From Desulfotignum sp. (lineage in GTDB: Bacteria > Desulfobacterota > Desulfobacteria > Desulfobacterales > Desulfobacteraceae), in NCBI GenBank assembly GCA_018399285.1, contig JAGYOW010000014.1, positions 3,331 to 67,330 of the forward strand: a stretch of DNA of 64,000 nucleotides, given 5' to 3'. The position numbers were made by a program, and so were the translations under genes. Shown here piece by piece: positions 56,494 through 64,000 of the stretch (positions within the stretch are counted from its first letter, which is position 1; every line of letters begins with the position of its first letter). Under the pieces are notes generated by a model. The model was given only the letters and a program-made list of their open reading frames with translations. It ran no database searches and was not told the origin of the DNA.

Positions 56494-57042
56494 CTATAGA
56501 TCAACGGTCTTTACCTCCTCAAACCCTCTTCGTGCACATACCCTGTTGGCATCCAGTTTTTTTCCTGAAAAATAATCCGCCAACGCCTCTAAAACCGGGT
56601 CGATATCCAGCAGGCCCGACATTTTTGCAAATGCCCCCACGACCACGGTATTGGGAATGGGCAGTCCGATCTCTTCCATGGCAATGCCGTTGGCATCGAC
56701 CATGGCCAGTTTTCTTAAATTCTCATGATGAATATCACCCTTGTTCTTGTCGTTGATCAAGAGCATGCCACCGGGTAACAACCCGTCAAAAACGGCGGGA
56801 GAATTTTTTTGAGAAGGATCCAGCACCACCAGAATATTGGGGTTGTAGATCTGCGTCTTCTCTTTCACCGGTTTGTCGGAAAACCGCCCGAATGCCGTGA
56901 CCGGCGCGCCGCGACGCTCGAATCCGAACATGGGAAAACTGGCGCCGAACTGCCCGGTTCTGGCAAATGCATTGGCCAGAATCTTGGAGGTGGTCACCAC
57001 CCCCTGCCCGCCTCTGCCATGGAATCTGACTTCACTCATCAT
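56494..57042 (-). CDS. 2-oxoacid:acceptor oxidoreductase gamma subunit
   Basis: EVRFHGRGGQG and FGFERRGAPV. Confidence 0.92.
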   Translation of the reverse strand: MMSEVRFHGRGGQGVVTTSKILANAFARTGQFGASFPMFGFERRGAPVTAFGRFSDKPVKEKTQIYNPNILVVLDPSQKNSPAVFDGLLPGGMLLINDKNKGDIHHENLRKLAMVDANGIAMEEIGLPIPNTVVVGAFAKMSGLLDIDPVLEALADYFSGKKLDANRVCARRGFEEVKTVDL

Positions 57043-57053
57043 AATTTTTCTCC

Positions 57054-58013
57054 TTAATCTTCCGCAGATACCGGTAGCTGACACTCCGCTTCCAGCACAC
57101 TCAGTCCGCCCAAAAGGCAAGTTTCATATTCCACATCTTCCTGAAGAATCTCAAGATCGGCTTCAGTCATGTGATTGAATTTTTTCATCATCTTGGTGTA
57201 ATTGCTTACGGGTTTAGGTTTTTTAACGGTTTTGGTCATGCGGATTTTACCATTTTCCGCTTCCCACAAAGGAAAGTAATTGGTTTTGACCGCCTGCCGG
57301 CAGATCTCGATGGTATCTGCGGGATTCGCACCCCAGCCTGTGGGACAGGGGGCAAACACATGGAGAAAGCAAAATCCCCGTTCCTTGGCTTTTTTGGCTT
57401 TAAGCAGTTTTTTGGCCAGATCCTCCAGATCGCTGAGGGTCGCCGTGGCCGTATAAGGGATTTTGTTCATGGCCATTTTCACCCCTAAATTCATGCGCCG
57501 CAGATTTTTTCCTTTGTGTACCGTGCCGTAGGGGGTGGTGGTGGTGGTAGCGCCGTACGGGGTGGTGCCGCTTTTTTGAATCCCGGTGTTCATGTATCCT
57601 TCATTGTCATAACAGATATAAATGAACGGTTCATTGCGTTCCGCGGCCCCGGAAAGATTACCGAATCCGATATCATTGGCCGTGCCGTCGCCGTTGAAAC
57701 ACACCACTGTGTTGTCAATACCCGCTTTTTTATAGTACCGCACCAATCCTGTGGCATTGGCGGCCGCTCCGGTCATCAGGGTACCGAAATAAGACAGGGT
57801 GTGCCAGGATTGTTTGTTCTGACCCAGCAGTACCGGGGCGGAACAGGACGGGGTTCCGGTAATGATGATATCATTTCCCAGGACCCGGGGGATGAACCGC
57901 AGCAGCAGTTCCAAACCGCAGCCCGGGCAGAATGACACGCCTTTAGAAAACGGATCGTCATATTTAAGGTAATCCAGTACTTTGGTCAGCCGGCCTTTGT
58001 TTTTCTCAGCCAT
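57054..58013 (-). CDS. 2-oxoacid:acceptor oxidoreductase beta subunit (TPP-binding)
   Basis: FCPGCG, GDGTANDIG, DNEGYMNTG and APCPTGW. Confidence 0.92.
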   Translation of the reverse strand: MAEKNKGRLTKVLDYLKYDDPFSKGVSFCPGCGLELLLRFIPRVLGNDIIITGTPSCSAPVLLGQNKQSWHTLSYFGTLMTGAAANATGLVRYYKKAGIDNTVVCFNGDGTANDIGFGNLSGAAERNEPFIYICYDNEGYMNTGIQKSGTTPYGATTTTTPYGTVHKGKNLRRMNLGVKMAMNKIPYTATATLSDLEDLAKKLLKAKKAKERGFCFLHVFAPCPTGWGANPADTIEICRQAVKTNYFPLWEAENGKIRMTKTVKKPKPVSNYTKMMKKFNHMTEADLEILQEDVEYETCLLGGLSVLEAECQLPVSAED

Positions 58014-58027
58014 ATTATTTTTCCCCC

Positions 58028-59242
58028 TTATTTGTATTGGCTTTTGGATAAGATACCCAGGTCACTTCAGGGACATCCTTGCCGTCGGCCAGATCTGCCG
58101 TCATTTGGATCATCTGTTTCACATTGGTTTTGGTGATGCTCATTGGCAATGCCGTCAAATAAAACTGACCAGTTTTGCGCCGCCCAGTTTGGTTTCAAAC
58201 GCTTTGAGTTCCAGGTGTAGATGGGACTGCTGCCAAACCCGAATGCCAGACTGCGGTCCAATTACTGATGGTTTTCTTCCCTTTAAGCGCCTTGACCAGG
58301 GCCTGATGTGGAAACGGGACGATACATGCGATCTTCACTCAGGCCGATGTGACGCCTTTTTCCCGCTGCTCGTCAATGACCGACTTGGATGGTTCCGGCA
58401 CATGGACCGAGATCCACCAGCACCATATCCGCATCTTCGGAGATACTCTTTCCAGCTGTCCGCTGTAAGTCTGGCTGAAAATATCGGCAAATTCCTGATC
58501 AATGGCATCAAATTTTGGCTTTGGACCGTTCCATGGCAGTCACGTGTTTATGCCGCAGTTCCATATACCCGCCTAAAATGCCATGGGTTCCCACGCCCAG
58601 TTTTTCACCGGGCCGAAGCACGGTGCGTTTGGGCTGAGATGCCAGCACCGACAGAAACTGATCCACGGTTTCCTGCGCCGGGATTTCCACGCCTTCAGAC
58701 AGATAGGACAGAAAAAACCCGTCATAATGCACCATGACCGGCAATTGAATATCGTAATCCTCGGCCAGGCGGTAGCTCTGAAGCACCAGATCCATAATCT
58801 CCTGGCAGTTTTCAGCAATCAGAAATATCCAGCCTGCATCTCTTGTGGAGATCATGTCCTGCTGGCCGGAAGACACAGCGATAATGCCCGGGGTTTCCCG
58901 GTTCACATTGACCATGACCACAGGGGCTCTGGCACCGGCGGTGGCCAGTACCGCATCATACATAAACACCAGTCCCCAGGAGGACGAGGCGGTAAACACC
59001 CGGCCGCCGGCCAAAGATGCCGCCATCACCGCATTCATGGCGGAATTCTCCCCTTCCACGGTAATCAGTTCGCAATCCATGTCACCGGATGCATGAAAAC
59101 TGGATATCTGTTCAATCACTTCGGTCTGGGGAGTGATGGGATAGGCGGCCACCACATCGGGCCGGGCCAGTTTGGCGGCAATGGCTGCGGCCGCGTTGCC
59201 GGTGATGACTTGGATATTAGACGAAATAGCTGTGGTATTCAT
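58028..59242 (-). CDS. 2-oxoacid:acceptor oxidoreductase alpha subunit (3' third frameshifted)
   Basis: TGNAAAA, AAYPITPQT and DGFFLS. Confidence 0.9.
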
Positions 59243-59526
59243 GATACAAACTCCCCTTCCGAAACCATGGTGATCGCGCCCTTGGGACATTCTTTTGCGC
59301 AGATACCGCATCCCTTGCAAAAGTCCAGATCCGGTTTAAAACAGCTGTCTGCTGTCATTTCCATCACCTGGATCGGGCAGTAAATCGCGCAAAAACCGCA
59401 GAAAATACATTTTTCTTTGTCCACAACCGGGCGTTCGGATCGCCAATCGCCGGTATCCGTGCACATCAGCGAATCAGTGGCATCCGACCACGGTCCTTCG
59501 TGATTAAAATATTGATTTGATGACAT
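59239..59526 (-). CDS. 2-oxoacid:acceptor oxidoreductase delta subunit (2x[4Fe-4S])
   Basis: TGDWRSERPVVD, CIFCGFCAIYCP and CKGCGICAKECP. Confidence 0.92.
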   Translation of the reverse strand: MSSNQYFNHEGPWSDATDSLMCTDTGDWRSERPVVDKEKCIFCGFCAIYCPIQVMEMTADSCFKPDLDFCKGCGICAKECPKGAITMVSEGEFVS

Positions 59527-59831
59527 AAATTCCCTCCCCCTGTTTACGAATAAGATGACCCTGGGCAATGCTGCTTTATTGTATCTACTTCATAGCCATT
59601 TTTTTGATACAAATCGATTGCATTGTCAAGCAAAAAATTAGAAAAAAATAAAATAATGATAGGTTTGATAAGTAAGAAGTGGGACTTACCTTAAGAAAAT
59701 AATCTTTATCAAGCAAGAGATAGTTGATAAATCAACGATTTAAGCCGTACCGAATTCTCACACATCCAGGTTCGCTGGGTTTTCCGGTACGGCTCACAGG
59801 CGAAATCAATTGTTGAAGATTCCGCGAATCA

Positions 59832-60485
59832 TTAAAGCGCCGCTTTAAACGGATCCAGCCCGAGGCGTTCAATCATTTTTCCCAGACGTTCCCCGGGTTT
59901 TGCCTGATCCGTATACACAGCGATTACCTGCTCCACGGCCGCCATCACCTGTTCATCATCCAGTCCGGCCACCAGTTCCCTGCCTATCCGGGGTGTCATC
60001 CCCACATTCCCACCAATGGTCAGGGTCCATCCTTTGGGAAATCCGATCAGTCCGATATCCCGGACCCAGGATTCTGAGCAACTCAGCTTACACCCGGATA
60101 CGGCCATCTTGAATTTACCCGGCAATGCCGTGGCATGATATTTCTGATCCAGCTTCATTCCCATTCCCAAGGCATCCTGTTTGCCCAGTTTGCAAAACGT
60201 GGTACCGGGACATGCCCGGATACTTCTGACACAAAGTCCGACCGCAGCGCCTTTTTCCATGCCCAGTTCTTTCCAGACCGCATCAATGTCGGATTCTTTC
60301 AGCCCCACGATCGCCACGCGGGTGGCCCCGGTGATCTTTATGGCTTTGGCCTGATATTTCTCTGAAACATCCGCAATTTTTCTCAGCAGATCCGGTGTGA
60401 CCACACCACAGGGGATGTGCGGCGCAATGGCATAGGTTTCATTATCATTCTGGGGAATGGCCCCTTTTTCTCCAAGTTTCAGCAT
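59832..60485 (-). CDS. Nitrite/sulfite reductase half-domain 4Fe-4S protein
   Basis: VRSIRACPGTTFC and KFKMAVSGCKLSCSE. Confidence 0.85.
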   Translation of the reverse strand: MLKLGEKGAIPQNDNETYAIAPHIPCGVVTPDLLRKIADVSEKYQAKAIKITGATRVAIVGLKESDIDAVWKELGMEKGAAVGLCVRSIRACPGTTFCKLGKQDALGMGMKLDQKYHATALPGKFKMAVSGCKLSCSESWVRDIGLIGFPKGWTLTIGGNVGMTPRIGRELVAGLDDEQVMAAVEQVIAVYTDQAKPGERLGKMIERLGLDPFKAAL

Positions 60486-60685
60486 TCAGTTTCTCCAATC
60501 AAAAAAAGTTTATGTTCAATATTTTATCAATTTAAAGAGGTTGGCACAGGCTGTCAAGCTGATTGTCTGAAAGGCCGCACCTTCAAACAGGCGAATGGGT
60601 TTTCATGGATGACGCTTGAATATCACGAATCTGTTCTTAACTTAAAATTTAATAGAATCCTTAACCCCAACACAGGAGGGCAGCC

Positions 60686-60940
60686 ATGGACAAGCAGGAA
60701 TTATGCGAAAAAATCCGATCCATTTATCCGGATATCGGTGAATGCGGCATTGATCTGGATGTCGGGTATGACAAAGACAACCAGCGGTGGACCGTGTATC
60801 TCAAAAAAGACAAAAAAGAGTTAAAAACATTTCTGGAACCCGATGATGCCCGTTTGTGCATGCAAGGCAAACAGTGCGTCAGTTTGGGAGTTGAAATCAA
60901 CCAGTTAAAAGACAGTATTGACAGAATGCCGCTGCAATGA
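60686..60940 (+). CDS. Conserved hypothetical protein, 84 aa
   Basis: AGGAGG RBS, clean ORF, four Cys. Confidence 0.75.
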   Translation: MDKQELCEKIRSIYPDIGECGIDLDVGYDKDNQRWTVYLKKDKKELKTFLEPDDARLCMQGKQCVSLGVEINQLKDSIDRMPLQ

Positions 60941-60949
60941 GGTGATATA

Positions 60950-61120
60950 ATGACAGACCACGGTAAAACAAATGAAAACAATGGCGCGGATCTGGATGTG
61001 TGTACCCAGGCCCCTGAGTTTGCTGAGCATGCAAGACCCAATGAATCACCACAGGATGCCTGCGATGACGGCAGAGCCGGCACAGGTAAAAACAAACAAG
61101 AATCTGACAGCTCGAAATGA
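60950..61120 (+). CDS. Small acidic protein, 56 aa (absent from the ORF track)
   Basis: GAGGTG RBS; MTDHGKTNENNGADLDVCTQAPEFAEHARPNESPQDACDDGRAGTGKNKQESDSSK. Confidence 0.6.
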   Translation: MTDHGKTNENNGADLDVCTQAPEFAEHARPNESPQDACDDGRAGTGKNKQESDSSK

Positions 61121-61161
61121 GCCTTCTTTTTATCCGGCCTGAAACTGTTGGCACAAATTTT

Positions 61162-62598
61162 TCAGGAAGCGGTATTCTCTCGCTGCTGGACTGAATATTC
61201 CAGTTGAACACTGCTTTTCTGCTGATCATCAGGCCGGATGGTGGAGGGGGTAAAAACGATACCGGCGGTGATTTTGCCCGATTCGGTGATGCCGTCCAGG
61301 GAAATCGGCTCGGTAAAAAGGGTTTCTATCTCCCGGAGAGCCTGGGAAGGACCGACAACCAAAATCTTTTCCGGTTCAATCACGGCCCGGGTCATGATCA
61401 GATCCGGAGAAAGCCTGCCGACCCAGAAAGCCTGAAGTGCAATCTCTTTTTTTAAAGGCACATCCACAAACACCTCCAGCATGGACGGCTCGATGCTTTT
61501 CACTGAAATGCCCGGTGGCAGCGAAACTGCATTCCGCCCGACAGACAGGCTGTTTTTACCCGGCGTGGTATTGGTAAGGTTGAGCTTGACATTGATGCGG
61601 TCCGGCTTCAAAGACCGGATCAGGGGTCTGGAACCGCTGACCAGCAGCCGGATACTGCTGGCAGATGAAGAAAAGACTTCCATGTTCTGATCTGATTTGA
61701 CAAATTCGACGGGGACATCATGGGTGGCCAGGGTTTCCACCCCCCTGGAAAAACTGAGCCAAAGCCCGGTGACACAGGCCAGACACACGGCAGCGGCAAT
61801 CGCCAGTTCCCTTGTCTGTTTTCTTATATCCCTGACTGATGAGTCCCCCCCAGCATGCTGAATCAGCATTTTTTCAAGCACAGCGGCATCATTGATGTCG
61901 TAAATCTGTTTGTCCCGGACCAGCGTAATTTTGCCCCGTTCTTCAGATACCACGATCACCATGGCATCGGTCTGTTCCGCCAGGCCGATGGCGGCCCGGT
62001 GCCGGGTACCGAAACGGGAAGGCAGATCCGTCCGTTTTGACAGGGGAAGAATCACACCCACATCCGTAATTCGGTCTCCCCGGATCACCACGGCACCGTC
62101 ATGAACCGGATTGTCCTGCCAGAAAATGCTGATCAGCATCTCTTTGGATAGTTTTCCCTGCCAGGTGATCCCCTCCTGAACCACACTTTCCATCCCCTTG
62201 CTCAAGGGCAGCACGATCAGCGCGCCGATTTTTTTTCTGGCCAGTTCATAAACGCTTTCAACAATGATTCCCACAGGGGTTTTCAGCTGCTGGCGGGGAA
62301 TCCCCCATAAAAAAAATTTCAGATCACGGGTTTTGAGCACCGATGATATTTCATTGCGGAACACCACAATGATCACCAGGGCGGCAACGGCAATGACCCC
62401 CTGCATCACCCAGCTGGTGATGATCAGTCCCATGGAAAATGCCACCTGCCTGAAAACCAGCAGCACCCCCATGAACAGAAGCACCCGCAGCACATTGGTC
62501 CCCCGGAACAGCACATACAGCCGAAAAAGAATATAAGTATTCAGGGCGATATCCAGCCCGTTCTGCCACCCGATATCAAAAAAATTCGCTATCATCAA
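61162..62598 (-). CDS. Diadenylate cyclase CdaA fused to YbbR/CdaR-like domains
   Basis: Three N-terminal TM segments, HDGAVVI and GTRHRAA catalytic motifs, then a TM segment and beta-rich YbbR-like repeats. Confidence 0.88.
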   Translation of the reverse strand: MMIANFFDIGWQNGLDIALNTYILFRLYVLFRGTNVLRVLLFMGVLLVFRQVAFSMGLIITSWVMQGVIAVAALVIIVVFRNEISSVLKTRDLKFFLWGIPRQQLKTPVGIIVESVYELARKKIGALIVLPLSKGMESVVQEGITWQGKLSKEMLISIFWQDNPVHDGAVVIRGDRITDVGVILPLSKRTDLPSRFGTRHRAAIGLAEQTDAMVIVVSEERGKITLVRDKQIYDINDAAVLEKMLIQHAGGDSSVRDIRKQTRELAIAAAVCLACVTGLWLSFSRGVETLATHDVPVEFVKSDQNMEVFSSSASSIRLLVSGSRPLIRSLKPDRINVKLNLTNTTPGKNSLSVGRNAVSLPPGISVKSIEPSMLEVFVDVPLKKEIALQAFWVGRLSPDLIMTRAVIEPEKILVVGPSQALREIETLFTEPISLDGITESGKITAGIVFTPSTIRPDDQQKSSVQLEYSVQQRENTAS

Positions 62599-63057
62599 TC
62601 AATCTGAAATGCTGAAACGAAGGGTTTTCAACAACTTGTCACGGCTGTCGACAATTTCCACCCGCCAGGGCCCCTTGTCCGCAGGCCTGAGCTGCATACT
62701 GCTGAAAGAAGACCATTTGGGCGGATTCAACACCAGCCGGGTATTGGATATCAACCGGTCCTGCCGGTACCAGCGATGATACACAATGCTTTCTTCAAAA
62801 ACCGGATCAAACGCGGAAAAACAATAGACCCGTCCCAGAGAAATGGAAAAAACGACCGCCGGATTGACCGGCTGAAACCTTTCAATGGCTTCACACATCT
62901 GTGCCTGGACCAGCACCGGCGGCTCAGGCACCGGCGCCATCACCGGGGACTGGACCTGGGCATAGATCCTGGAGGTAACGGTTACAGCTGATACCAGACA
63001 CATGATTAAAAGGCTGCATATTCTAATGGAGGGTCTCATTTTGGGTATCTTAGCCAT
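62599..63057 (-). CDS. DUF2914-like secreted protein
   Basis: Signal peptide, VYCFS, VYHRWY and GPWRVEIVD. Confidence 0.75.
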   Translation of the reverse strand: MAKIPKMRPSIRICSLLIMCLVSAVTVTSRIYAQVQSPVMAPVPEPPVLVQAQMCEAIERFQPVNPAVVFSISLGRVYCFSAFDPVFEESIVYHRWYRQDRLISNTRLVLNPPKWSSFSSMQLRPADKGPWRVEIVDSRDKLLKTLRFSISD

Positions 63058-63194
63058 GAACCTTTATTTTTTCAAGCAGATTCATTGAGTTTCTGATTAA
63101 CTTCTGGCAAAAAACAAACCGGTCTGCTATGTTATCAGCAGATGTCACACCGGTATCAACCAAAAAATCGGGTTGTTTTTAAAGGGGCTTTTTT

Positions 63195-64000
63195 ATGAAA
63201 TCCCACGTCAGGATTCTGGCCACCGGCGGCACCATTGCCGGTATCAGCCGGACTTCGGGCCATTCCGGATATCGCCCGGGACAAATGGATATTCAGGATA
63301 TGATCGATGCGGTTCCGGATCTGACCCGGCTGGCCGATATTTCAGGAGAACAGATTGCCAATGTCGGATCCCAGGATATGTCATTTGATATTCTGACCCG
63401 ACTGACCTGCCGCATCAACGAACTGATGAAAAAAGAGGACATTCACGGCATTGTCGTCACCCACGGCACCGACACCATGGAAGAAACCGCCTTTTTTCTG
63501 AATCTCACCGTCAACAGCCCCAAGCCCGTGGTACTGACCGGGGCCATGCGGCCGGCCAATGCCATTTCAGCGGACGGGCCTTTGAACCTGTTCAATGCCG
63601 TGGCTGTGGCAGCCGATCCCAATGCCAGGGAACGAGGGGTCCTGGTGGTGATGAATGACCGGATTCACGGGGCCCATTCTCTGACCAAGACCAATACCAC
63701 ATCCGTGGAAACCTTTTTATCCCCTGTCAACGGCCTGGTGGGAACCGTCAATTACGGGGAAACCGCCTATTTTCGCTTTTCCTTCCGGCGCCACACTTAT
63801 CTGAGTGAATTTTCCAGCCGGTTTTGTCACCCCCCCCATCCCACACTTCCCCGGGTGGACATCATTTATGCCTGTATTGATATGCCGCCGGATCTGATCG
63901 ACTTATCGTCAGCCGCCGGGGCCAAAGGCATTGTCATTGCCGGTGACGGTAACGGGAACATGAACCAGGCCACAATGAAAAAAGCCGCCCAAAAAGCGGC
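63195..64000 (+). CDS. L-asparaginase (runs off the right edge)
   Basis: ILATGGTIAG, VTHGTDTMEETA and TGAMRP..AISADGPLNL. Confidence 0.93.
   Translation, partial: MKSHVRILATGGTIAGISRTSGHSGYRPGQMDIQDMIDAVPDLTRLADISGEQIANVGSQDMSFDILTRLTCRINELMKKEDIHGIVVTHGTDTMEETAFFLNLTVNSPKPVVLTGAMRPANAISADGPLNLFNAVAVAADPNARERGVLVVMNDRIHGAHSLTKTNTTSVETFLSPVNGLVGTVNYGETAYFRFSFRRHTYLSEFSSRFCHPPHPTLPRVDIIYACIDMPPDLIDLSSAAGAKGIVIAGDGNGNMNQATMKKAAQKA

Overview
The window looks like chromosomal DNA from a sulfate-reducing Desulfobacterota member (inferred from gene content: DVU0298- and DVU0772-family genes, rubrerythrin, NifU/NifS, 2-oxoacid:ferredoxin oxidoreductase). Sequence quality is mosaic. Clean blocks (about 10.8-12.7, 15.5-17.1, 19.2-42.5, 45.1-46.9, 51.5-58.0 and 58.5-64 kb) alternate with indel-rich blocks where recognisable genes are shattered, most likely by long-read errors. 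Left to right: sucA, an ADP-forming acyl-CoA synthetase, tRNA-Ser(CGA), an AT-rich islet (IclR, class III aminotransferase, TRAP transporter, YjjJ/HipA remnant), a sigma54-linked DVU0298/ferredoxin/PAS-activator locus, clpB, XRE-cysE-cysK, an SLC13 permease, nifUS, sfsA and proC. Then come a minus-strand redox gene string, a BsuBI/PstI-type restriction-modification pair, a PAS protein with a degenerate kinase H-box, a helical repeat protein, an RND pump, pepP, patB, a liv ABC transporter, a pad-like anaerobic arylacetate oxidation cluster, a CdaA-YbbR fusion and an asparaginase. The best candidate for an undescribed system is the 24.3-29.6 kb redox string. It encodes a probable selenocysteine rhodanese-ferritin fusion (in-frame UGA at the catalytic Cys position plus a SECIS-like hairpin) next to a flavoprotein resembling the domain found fused to SelD, an atypical rubrerythrin and small metal-binding proteins. 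A three-copy structured palindromic repeat and a 191-nt hairpin are also notable.
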